A stretch of DNA of 64,000 nucleotides, from contig CAVTMK010000002.1 of NCBI GenBank assembly GCA_963735805.1, positions 352,001-416,000 of the forward strand, read 5' to 3'. A program made the position numbers and the translations under genes. Positions within the stretch are counted from its first letter, which is position 1, and each line of letters starts with the position of its first letter. The notes below the pieces were generated by a model, which worked only from the letters and a program-made list of their open reading frames with translations, was not told the DNA's origin and did not search any database. Shown piece by piece: positions 9,435-17,706 of the stretch. The stretch comes from an uncultured Verrucomicrobiae bacterium (lineage in GTDB: Bacteria > Verrucomicrobiota > Verrucomicrobiia > Chthoniobacterales > UBA10450).

Positions 9435-10394
9435 TTAGTCTGCTCCGAGCTGTTGTAGCCGCCTCGCTGCGTCGAGGCGCTTGCGGTTCTGTTGCGCCTG
9501 CGACCACGGCGACATTCGCCGCGGCGAACGAGCTGTGCCGTGGCTACAACGCCCCGCGTTCACGCGATTGCTTCCAGTGCTGTCGAAGATTGCAGCTAGC
9601 CTGTGCACGGTTTCGTCCCATTCATGGGGGCTTAGTTTGACACTGCGTGTCCAATTCTGCCGTTGTAGGGCAGCCGCTCCGCCTGCGAATTGTTCATTCG
9701 GCAAGCGACGCGCTTGCCCTACAGATTCCCCGATGTCGCTTCTGACAAATTCAATTTCGTTGTATTTGCCACTAAGCTGGTTCATCTGCGCGATCCCGCG
9801 GCCGCGGGACGCCTGCAAATCAGCTTCCGCCCGATGCTTTAGCTCGCCATGAATCCTCTGGTCGTAAGCATACCAGTTCGTTAACAGACGCTCAGCTAAG
9901 GCGGGCCTTGCCAGGCACTCAGCAATGACAAAAGGATCGTTATCCAACGCGTCGAAGAGTTCCTGTAACACTTCGGGCTGCTTGGTGTGTTTTGCCATGC
10001 GATCCATCTCAGCCTGTAACTGCTCGGCAGTGATGGGCCGTTGCCAATAATCCTCCAGTGCTTGCGAGGTGTGCAGATACTCTCTGACCTTCTTTTCAAG
10101 CTGTGCCTGTGACATGACCGCATCGAGTGACGGCTTGGGATTGAGATTCTCCCCGCGATTGCGGGGCCAGATGCGATGACGCCAGTAAACGTCTTCAATG
10201 GCGCGTTGATAAGACACACGCTCTTCGAACGTGAGTGTTCTATTTGAGTTGGTCGCAGGCGGTTGAGAATGGACGAATACGGGTCCCGATCTTGCCGGGA
10301 TTACGATGAAACAAATTATGGCTACGCAAAAAAGGAGAGCTATAAGGGCGCGTAAATTAAGGAAGCCGAAGCGAGAACCGGATATCTTTGGCAT
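9435..10394 (-). CDS. N-terminal part of the frameshifted Kelch-like gene (leader plus uncharacterised helical domain)
   Basis: Leader MPKISGSRFGFLNLRALIALL; domain EERVSYQRAIEDVYWRHRIWP...AECLARP. Its frame overlaps the open downstream frame over 9435-9559. Confidence 0.7.
   Translation of the reverse strand: MPKISGSRFGFLNLRALIALLFCVAIICFIVIPARSGPVFVHSQPPATNSNRTLTFEERVSYQRAIEDVYWRHRIWPRNRGENLNPKPSLDAVMSQAQLEKKVREYLHTSQALEDYWQRPITAEQLQAEMDRMAKHTKQPEVLQELFDALDNDPFVIAECLARPALAERLLTNWYAYDQRIHGELKHRAEADLQASRGRGIAQMNQLSGKYNEIEFVRSDIGESVGQARRLPNEQFAGGAAALQRQNWTRSVKLSPHEWDETVHRLAAIFDSTGSNRVNAGRCSHGTARSPRRMSPWSQAQQNRKRLDAARRLQQLGAD
9455..9547. repeat. Inverted GTAG-REP doublet inside coding sequence
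   Basis: gtagccgcctcgctgcgtcgaggcg ... cacggcgaca[insert]gccgtggctac; same arrangement as the intergenic doublet at 35511-35583. Confidence 0.75.
9665..9722. repeat. Inverted GTAG-REP doublet inside coding sequence (translated in frame)
   Basis: gtagggcagccgctccgcctgc...ggcaagcgacgcgcttgccctac; encodes VGQARRLPNEQFAGGAAALQ. Confidence 0.7.
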
Positions 10395-10571
10395 GCAAGT
10401 GGATGAAGTCGGCGTTCCTCGTAACTGGTACGGCGAAAGGTGTCAATGCTTTTCACGTTTCTCGGATTTTCCTAAAGCACTGACAGTGACGTGAAGGTAG
10501 CGGCGCACGGCGGCAATGCTCTGCCGTAGCCTGTTATAGATCACTTCTTACCGATCGCTCGAGATCGGGGG

Positions 10572-12050
10572 TTATTGTCGAATAGGCCGAGGCACCGGGG
10601 TAGGGCGCGGTCGTATGGCAGGACTCGGTCTTGGATTAGGTCCCTGGAACTCAAAAGAACCGATGTCGACATGGCCGTTCACGACGCGATCAAAGCCCGG
10701 ACCGCGTTGGTCATAGAAGGGCGGCGGTGTAAAGGTGGGGTGGCCCGCATCAATAGCCGGGCTGCCACGCGACAACGCATGGGTCGGTGTTGGTCCCCCG
10801 TTATACTGCAACGGGCCGAGCATTGGATCGATGTTAGTCTGATCGCCTGGGCCGGTTAGGAAGCCGCCACAGCTGTCATTGCTAAGGTTGTAGCCGTCCG
10901 ATATGACAATCCCACCCTGGTTTAGAATATTTCCGCCCGTCGCGCCTCCCTGGAGAATCACATCATTGAGATGGACCGCCGCGCCGCCGTTGTCTTGCGT
11001 GGAGTTGGACACGCTACTTCCTCCAGAGCCACTGGCCAGGTTGCCGCTGAACGTGCTGTTAGAGATATGTGCAGCTGCGCCGCCATCATCACTTTCATTA
11101 TCGACGCCGCCGCCTGTCTGAGCGGAGTCGCCACTAATTGTACTGTTGCTGATCTGGAGGAATGCCTCGGCGCCAGGGTACGAAATGTTGAAGACCCCTC
11201 CGCCGCCATAGGTAGCTGAGTTGCCGGCCACCGTGCTATTGTTAATTTCCAGGCTTCCATAGCCACCAGCCTCCGCGCTACTGCAAATACCACCACCGTT
11301 CGTGGACGAATTCCCGCTAAGCATGCTGTAATTCAATGTTGCCGTTGCGCCGAAAATCTCGTAACCGTTATTATCGACGCCGCCGCCGTAGTAGCCGGCC
11401 GAATTCCCGCTCAACATACTATTATTAATCGTTAGGACAGCACCGGCCCAGCGACCGCTGGTATTGAAGATGCCGCCGCCACCGTAGCTGGCCGAGTTGC
11501 CGCTAAGCTTGCTATTATTGACCGTTAGAACCGCCCAGGGACCACCCTTTTTATCGTTGTAAGCATCGTTGGCTACACCACCGCCGTAAGTAGCCGAGTT
11601 TCCGCTAATTGCGCAATCATTGAGCGTTAACGTCGATTGAAAACTGTAGATGCCGCCGCCGCTGCCAGCAGGAAAGTCTCCAGCGACCATACCGTTTCTG
11701 ATGGTCAATCCAGAAATCGTAACAGTTGTTCCAAAGGCGACGTGGAACACGCGGCTATTAGTGTTGCCATCAACGGCCAGGTTTTCCAGACCGGGACCTG
11801 CGACAGTGATATTCTTGTCCACGAGCAACTCGCCGCTGCTGAGTACGATGGTGCCGGTGACTGCGAATGTAATCGTGTCGTTGTCATTTGCGAGGACAAG
11901 CGCCTGACGCAAAGAGCCGACTCCGTTGTCGTTAGTGTTTGTTACGGTGATCGTTGTTGCGCGAGCGGAAACTGCGACGGCGCAAAAGACAACGGTCCAC
12001 CATGTCAGCGCGTTAAGACGGAAAAAGCTTCGGAGCCCTCGTGTTCCCAT
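10572..12050 (-). CDS. Secreted beta-helix protein with choice-of-anchor Q domain and short Pro/Arg tail (no PT linker)
   Basis: Paralog of 2181-3686; DPMLGPLQYNGGPTPTHAL...DIGSFEFQ followed by GPNPRPSPAIRPRPTPVPRPIRQ. Confidence 0.85.
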   Translation of the reverse strand: MGTRGLRSFFRLNALTWWTVVFCAVAVSARATTITVTNTNDNGVGSLRQALVLANDNDTITFAVTGTIVLSSGELLVDKNITVAGPGLENLAVDGNTNSRVFHVAFGTTVTISGLTIRNGMVAGDFPAGSGGGIYSFQSTLTLNDCAISGNSATYGGGVANDAYNDKKGGPWAVLTVNNSKLSGNSASYGGGGIFNTSGRWAGAVLTINNSMLSGNSAGYYGGGVDNNGYEIFGATATLNYSMLSGNSSTNGGGICSSAEAGGYGSLEINNSTVAGNSATYGGGGVFNISYPGAEAFLQISNSTISGDSAQTGGGVDNESDDGGAAAHISNSTFSGNLASGSGGSSVSNSTQDNGGAAVHLNDVILQGGATGGNILNQGGIVISDGYNLSNDSCGGFLTGPGDQTNIDPMLGPLQYNGGPTPTHALSRGSPAIDAGHPTFTPPPFYDQRGPGFDRVVNGHVDIGSFEFQGPNPRPSPAIRPRPTPVPRPIRQ

Positions 12051-12216
12051 TTTCTACTTTGATAATACGGAAACGGCGGAGTGAAGTTCGGCGGATGTCA
12101 GAACATTTATGATGCTTTCGGCTTTTTTTGACCGGGGAGCAACCGCTCGGGCTTCGGCGACTCCTTGTAACTTTTTGGCTTTGTCACTCTTCTAACTCGT
12201 TTACATTCAGGTTGCC

Positions 12217-13431
12217 GTGTCATTTAATAAATTTGAACTTTCGCCCGAAGTAGTACGTGGAACGCAAGCGATGGGCTTTGCCGAACCGACACCCATCCAG
12301 CTCCGTGCATTTCCGATCGTGCTTGCAGGAAAGGATCTGATCGGCACGGCGCAAACCGGGACCGGCAAGACCGCTGCGTTTGCACTGCCTATTCTAACTC
12401 TGCTGGCAAAACACGGAGCCTTCCGATGTCTGGTGCTGGAGCCGACCCGAGAACTGGCCGCGCAAGTGGAGACGGCATTTCGTGATTATGGGCGCTTCAC
12501 AGATTTGCGAGTCGCGCTTGTCCATGGTGGCGTCGGTTATGGAAAACAGCGGGAAGAGCTCAAGCACGGTGTAGATGTTCTTGTCGCAACGCCGGGACGT
12601 CTGCTTGATCTGCTCGAACAACGTGCGGCGACTTTGAAGTCCGTCAAAATTCTGGTGCTGGACGAAGTGGACCGGATGCTGGACATGGGTTTTCTGCCGG
12701 ATGTGCGCCGGATCGTCGAAAAAATCTCAACGGACCGACAGACTCTTCTTTTTTCAGCGACGCTGCCGCCGGAGATCGAACGCCTCGCCGCGTGGGTATT
12801 GCGCGATCCTGAGTTGGTAGAAATTGGCGTGCGCCGGTCGCCGGCGGAAACGGTGACGCATGCGGTTTATCCAGTGGCGGCTGAACAAAAATTCGATCTG
12901 CTAATGGCTTTGCTCGAGCGAACGAATTTCGATAGCGCGCTGATTTTTTGCAGGACCAAGTACGGCGCCGATCGTATCGCGCACCAGTTAAAACAGGGAA
13001 AGCATGCCGTAGCCGTGTTGCATTCCAATCGGACACAGCGCGAACGCATCGAGGCGCTGGAAGGCTTTAAGAGCGGCAAATACGAGGTGATGGTGGCTAC
13101 CGATATTGCCTCACGCGGACTCGACATCGCCGGAGTGAGTCACGTCATTAATTACGATGTACCCGAGCATCCGGAAGATTACGTTCATCGCATCGGGCGC
13201 ACGGGACGCGCCCAGAACGTGGGCGATGCCTTCACACTCATGAGCGGCCAGGAGTTGCCCGCGCTACAGGCAATCGAGCATTTCATCGGCCAAAAAATTC
13301 CCCGGCTGAAGCTGGAGAATTTTCCCTATCTGTACACCGCGCTCTTTGAACCGGAATCAGGTGCCGGTGGTCGTCGCGGAATCGGCGGCGGCAGAACTCA
13401 TCGCGGCTATTCCTTTGGAAGAAGGCGATGA
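12217..13431 (+). CDS. DEAD-box ATP-dependent RNA helicase (RhlE-like)
   Basis: Q motif GFAEPTPIQ, AQTGTGKT, PTRELA, TPGRLLD, LDEVDRMLDMGF, SAT, YVHRIGRTGRA. Confidence 0.95.
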   Translation: MSFNKFELSPEVVRGTQAMGFAEPTPIQLRAFPIVLAGKDLIGTAQTGTGKTAAFALPILTLLAKHGAFRCLVLEPTRELAAQVETAFRDYGRFTDLRVALVHGGVGYGKQREELKHGVDVLVATPGRLLDLLEQRAATLKSVKILVLDEVDRMLDMGFLPDVRRIVEKISTDRQTLLFSATLPPEIERLAAWVLRDPELVEIGVRRSPAETVTHAVYPVAAEQKFDLLMALLERTNFDSALIFCRTKYGADRIAHQLKQGKHAVAVLHSNRTQRERIEALEGFKSGKYEVMVATDIASRGLDIAGVSHVINYDVPEHPEDYVHRIGRTGRAQNVGDAFTLMSGQELPALQAIEHFIGQKIPRLKLENFPYLYTALFEPESGAGGRRGIGGGRTHRGYSFGRRR

Positions 13432-13507
13432 AGGCAAACGTTAGGTTACGAGACTGGAAGTTTGTAGCTTGGGTCGAAGAAGATACGCGTTCGCGTCGCG
13501 GCGGCTT

Positions 13508-13531
13508 GTAGCCGGGATCACCGATCCCGGC
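13508..13531 (+). repeat. GTAG-type REP
   Basis: gtagccgggatcaccgatcccggc; related copies at 15109, 16934 and 50719. Confidence 0.7.
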
Positions 13532-13602
13532 TAAAGCGAGGCTTCCTCACTCGCTGCCAAATCGGCTCGATTTCTTAAAGAATAAGCTTAATAATTCCCG
13601 TT

Positions 13603-15135
13603 ATGTCCGAATCAAATATGGCTCGCGATTCAGAGGCCCAATTCGACCAACTCCAGAGAAAGCTGGTTCCGCTGTGGAAATCGATTGAGCGCCTTAACCA
13701 GGATCCGCAGACGATCGTAGTCGTCCCGTCGATGTCCATCGATGCCATTAACTCGGGCGCGGTGATGCAGGCGTATGAAGAACGCTTTTTGTTTTTGTTG
13801 TTGCTGCTGCGTCAACCTCGTGCCCGGTTGGTCTACGTAACGTCACAAAGGATTCTGCCGAGCATCATTGATTATTATCTTGCTCTTTTGCCCGGTGTTA
13901 TCCCGAGTCATGCGCGGCAACGGCTTTTTCTTATTTCGCCTCTGGACGGATCGGTGCGTGCGCTGAGCGACAAGTTGCTGGATCGGCCACGGTTAATCGA
14001 GCGTATCCGTTCGCTGATCATGGACCCTGATCGAGCGCACCTGGTTCCTTTCAACACAACCAATCGCGAACAAGAACTCGCCGTGCGGCTTGGTATTCCC
14101 ATGTACGGCGCCGATCCCAAATTGTTCCCTCTCGGCACAAAGAGCGGTTGCCGGAAAATTTTCACGGAAGAAAATGTCGCGCATCCTCTGGGCGTTGAGA
14201 ACCTGGGTAGCAAGGAAGAGTTGATCGAGGCCATCGTGCAGATGCGGGCCAGGAAGCCTTCGATCAGGCAAGTCCTGGCAAAGCTTAACGAAGGTGTCTC
14301 AGGCGAAGGCAATGCTGTTATCGATCTAACCGGGCTTCCGGCGCCGGGGGACTCAAAGGAAAGAGCAATGTTAGAGGAGCGCCTTCGTGCAATGCAGTTC
14401 GAGCTAGCTCGTGTTACCTACGATAGCTACATGAAGAAACTGCAGGAACGAAAAGGAGTCGTCGAAGAGCGAATCATGGGAGAAGAAATCAGGAGCCCCA
14501 GTGTTCAACTTCGTATTACTCCGCTGGGCGCTGTGGAATTGTTATCGACGCACGATCAGCTTCTCGGTGGCCCATCAGGCCAAAGTTACCTTGGCTGCAT
14601 GTTCCCTGCCGACCCCGGCTACGCCCCGTTGATTACTCGGGAAGCAGCCAAGGTGGGGAGGCGTCTGGCGAAGGAGGGAGTCCTGGGGCGCTTCGCGCTG
14701 GATTTCGTGGTGGTGCGTTCAAATGGAAAATGGGAGCCGTATGCGATCGAGATTAACTTGCGCAAAGGCGGCACCACTCATCCGTTCTTAACTTTGCAAT
14801 TTCTAACGGACGGCACTTACAACCCTGAGACAGCGATTTTCACTGCGCCCAACGGGCGGCAAAAATTCTTTGTCGCCAGCGACCATGTCGAGTCGCCGTC
14901 GTATCGAACCCTGACGCCGGATGACCTTTTCGATATTGTGGTGCGGCACGACCTGCATTTCGGCCAAACGCGGCAGACGGGCGTGGTTTTTCACATGATG
15001 AGTGCCCTGGGTGAGCTGGGAAGGACAGGGCTGACCGCGGTGGGCAACTCGCACGAAGAAGCGAAGGCCCTTTACGAGCGAGCGATCGCCGTGCTCGACC
15101 AGGAAACTGTAGCCGGGGGCGCTGACCCCGGCTGA
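13603..15135 (+). CDS. ATP-grasp peptide ligase, PGM1-related
   Basis: VVVPSMS...YEERFLFLL N-terminal domain, KLNEGVSGEGNA, SPSVQ, DFVVV, AIEINLRKGGTTHPF. Family recognised from memory of these motifs. Confidence 0.75.
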   Translation: MSESNMARDSEAQFDQLQRKLVPLWKSIERLNQDPQTIVVVPSMSIDAINSGAVMQAYEERFLFLLLLLRQPRARLVYVTSQRILPSIIDYYLALLPGVIPSHARQRLFLISPLDGSVRALSDKLLDRPRLIERIRSLIMDPDRAHLVPFNTTNREQELAVRLGIPMYGADPKLFPLGTKSGCRKIFTEENVAHPLGVENLGSKEELIEAIVQMRARKPSIRQVLAKLNEGVSGEGNAVIDLTGLPAPGDSKERAMLEERLRAMQFELARVTYDSYMKKLQERKGVVEERIMGEEIRSPSVQLRITPLGAVELLSTHDQLLGGPSGQSYLGCMFPADPGYAPLITREAAKVGRRLAKEGVLGRFALDFVVVRSNGKWEPYAIEINLRKGGTTHPFLTLQFLTDGTYNPETAIFTAPNGRQKFFVASDHVESPSYRTLTPDDLFDIVVRHDLHFGQTRQTGVVFHMMSALGELGRTGLTAVGNSHEEAKALYERAIAVLDQETVAGGADPG

Positions 15136-15183
15136 ACACGTGACCACGCCGCAGGTCCGCCGCGGTTAACGAGACGCGGCTAC
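15109..15183. repeat. Inverted GTAG-REP doublet overlapping the ligase stop codon
   Basis: gtagccgggggcgctgaccccggc (encodes terminal VAGGADPG) ... ccgcggttaacgagacgcggctac. Confidence 0.7.
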
Positions 15184-15345
15184 AGCGCCTTACGCAGATA
15201 CCGCTCGGGCAGGCGAAACCAATTGGCCGACGCTGCGGTGGCTTTGGGTCCTACCTTCGGGCATTCGTGAGGTCGACAACTTCAGTTTTTCTTGACCGTG
15301 TTACCGAGGTACACGCCAAAAGTTCCTCAATGTTCCTCAAAAATC

Positions 15346-15375
15346 TTGACATTTTGTCGTGTTTCCAAGTAAAAA
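15346..15375 (+). promoter_or_regulatory. Putative promoter TTGACA-N18-TAAAAA
   Basis: Motif recurs upstream of most + strand array genes. Confidence 0.6.
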
Positions 15376-15425
15376 GGCGACACAGCTCCACACTCCCAAA
15401 AAACACAACCTCCAAGGAGTAAAAA

Positions 15426-16907
15426 ATGCAAAAACAAATTAACACCTCCATGAAAGCGCATCTTCTTCGCGGTGCGTTCCTTCTGCTTCTGCTTGTCTCC
15501 TTCTGCCTAATTCCATTCGCGCTGGGACAGCGAAGTGTCAGCAATAGAAACGTTCCAGCGCTGCCTCCGCAAATCAGTAATATCCATGGCACGGTGCCTG
15601 CCGTTCTCACGAAGAGTCCCATAGCTCCTTTTGCGCTAATTGGGCCCGTGGGAGTGGTATGTCCCGCCACAATTACGGAGTCAACAAGTCAGGCGATCGT
15701 CGATGGTAACTCAGTAGCCTGCAACACGGGCGGATCCACCACTGAGAATCATTACTGGCGTGCCTTCGACATGAATACTTTTACCGGCGGCCAGGAGTAT
15801 GATGTCGCGTCGGTTTCCTTTGGAATCGAGCTGGCTCAGTCTGGGGACGGCACGGGCCAGCCGTTGACAGTTAATCTTTATGCCAATCACGGCTCACCAT
15901 TCCCTGCAGGTGACTGGCAGTCGAACCTGATCGCGACATCCGGATCATTGAACATTCCAGATCAGACGGATTCGATATTTCAAACCTCTCTAACCGCAAC
16001 CGTCGCTGCTGGCACTCTTGAGTTAGTTATGGAAGTGATGACGCCGGATGGGACGGCCGTGGGTAACGCGTTCTTTATTGGTTCGAATGCTGACCCAGAA
16101 ACCGGACCAAGCTATCTGAGTGCTGCCGACTGCGGTGTGAACGACCCGACTCCCACTGGGGACCTGGGTTTTCCCAACATGCACATTGTAGCGAACGTTA
16201 ATGGCAGTTGTCCCAATGGAAGCCCAACACCTTCGACGACACCTTCAGTGACGCCAAGTGTGAGTCCGTCACCCTCGGTGACACCCAGTGTGAGTCCTTC
16301 GCCGAGCACGAGTCCTTCGCCGTCAGTCACACCCAGTGTGAGTCCTTCGCCGAGCACGAGTCCTTCGCCGTCAGTCACACCCAGTGTGAGTCCGTCGCCC
16401 TCGGTGAGCCCGAGCGTGACTCCCACTCCTTCAGTTAGTCCCAGTGTGACGCCTACTGCGACGCCAAGCGGGTGTGTGTTCGGATTTGGCTATTGGAAGA
16501 ACCATCCCCAGGCATGGCCAGTCACCGAATTGCAGCTTGGGAATATCACTTACACTCAAGACCAATTGTTGTCGGTCATGCACGAACCAGTTCGCGGCAA
16601 CGGATTAGTTTCGCTGGCGCACCACCTAATTACCGCGAAGCTAAACGTCGCTAATGGCGCGGATCCGAGCTGCATACAGCAAACGATCTCTGACGCCGAC
16701 ACCTTGATCGTAGACTTGGTTGTGCCACCCGTAGGCGACGGATACCTGGCACCCAGAGACGTGAATGCTCTCAAGGATACTCTGGAGAGTTACAATGAAG
16801 GCCAGTTGTGCGCTCCGAGCTGTGATAATTCGTCTCCGAGTCCAACCGCATCTCCAAGGTCGACGCCGAGGTCGCGTCCGCCGGCGCATCCTCGCCCTGG
16901 CCGTTGA
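15426..16907 (+). CDS. Secreted modular protein (TENHY module, Ser/Pro linker, GYWKNH helical module, Pro/Arg tail)
   Basis: Leader MQKQINTSMKAHLLRGAF...IPFALGQ. Module CPATITESTSQ...NGSC is homologous to the last modules of 22227 and 26181. Tail RSTPRSRPPAHPRPGR. Confidence 0.8.
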   Translation: MQKQINTSMKAHLLRGAFLLLLLVSFCLIPFALGQRSVSNRNVPALPPQISNIHGTVPAVLTKSPIAPFALIGPVGVVCPATITESTSQAIVDGNSVACNTGGSTTENHYWRAFDMNTFTGGQEYDVASVSFGIELAQSGDGTGQPLTVNLYANHGSPFPAGDWQSNLIATSGSLNIPDQTDSIFQTSLTATVAAGTLELVMEVMTPDGTAVGNAFFIGSNADPETGPSYLSAADCGVNDPTPTGDLGFPNMHIVANVNGSCPNGSPTPSTTPSVTPSVSPSPSVTPSVSPSPSTSPSPSVTPSVSPSPSTSPSPSVTPSVSPSPSVSPSVTPTPSVSPSVTPTATPSGCVFGFGYWKNHPQAWPVTELQLGNITYTQDQLLSVMHEPVRGNGLVSLAHHLITAKLNVANGADPSCIQQTISDADTLIVDLVVPPVGDGYLAPRDVNALKDTLESYNEGQLCAPSCDNSSPSPTASPRSTPRSRPPAHPRPGR

Positions 16908-17624
16908 TCGGTAGTTAAACGAATTGTCAGTGCGTAGCCGGGATCTTCCATCCCGGCGCACAATCACGGTTTTGATCCCGCCGAACCGGCGGCGAATAAT
17001 AGTGCCATCTCTCGGTCACGCTCTTCTAACTCCTTCGCGTCTTCATCCCTCATCTTCAATCTTCTCCTTTTCGATTATCAGGGACGAAAAGCGCCACTGC
17101 GCGGCCGACTGCCACGTGTCGGCGTTCCCGTACACCGCGGCCACGGCCAGCACCGGCACAGCGACCAACTCCGTGCGTAGGTATTTAGCAGTCATGAGTT
17201 TTTCCAGTCTGTGATCGGAGTCACGAGCTCCCGCCTGCGCCGAACGAGCAGCGCCTGGCCGACTAGATATTACCGAGGAAAGAATTGCAGTGTGCGGCGT
17301 CGGACGGGCAAATGACTTGTGCAGCAAAGGGAAAAAGTAACGCCCCAGATGTTCCGCGTCTTAGCGAAGGAAGATGATTTGTTCAAAACGTAGTTAGTAA
17401 CAAACTGCTTTGTCAGGTATCGCCTTACATTTCGGTCGCGAATCGTCAGAATACATTACAAATACTCTGCGACCGCTGGTGTTGTAGCACAGAACAACAT
17501 GGATTGTTTGCGGGTGGTATCAATGTGCAGCATCACCACCTCCTTAACCCACTTATTTTGGTTAGGCTAGCTCGTCCGTTTTGGTTATTTGATGTTAGGC
17601 TCAAAAAAAAATCTAAAAAAAATG

Positions 17625-17654
17625 TTGACACGTTTGCGACGCGCGAGCTAAAAA
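17625..17654 (+). promoter_or_regulatory. Putative promoter TTGACA-N18-TAAAAA with upstream A-tracts
   Basis: aaaaaaaatgTTGACAcgtttgcgacgcgcgagcTAAAAAcgccgcctcca. Confidence 0.6.
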
Positions 17655-17706
17655 CGCCGCCTCCACAGGGCCCAAGGGAAAATTCAATTCAGCCCAATCT
17701 CCACTT

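Noticed and set aside
17043..17327. Small - strand ORF with a hydrophobic stretch
   Set aside because: No recognisable family or clear start; possibly a relic but unsupported.
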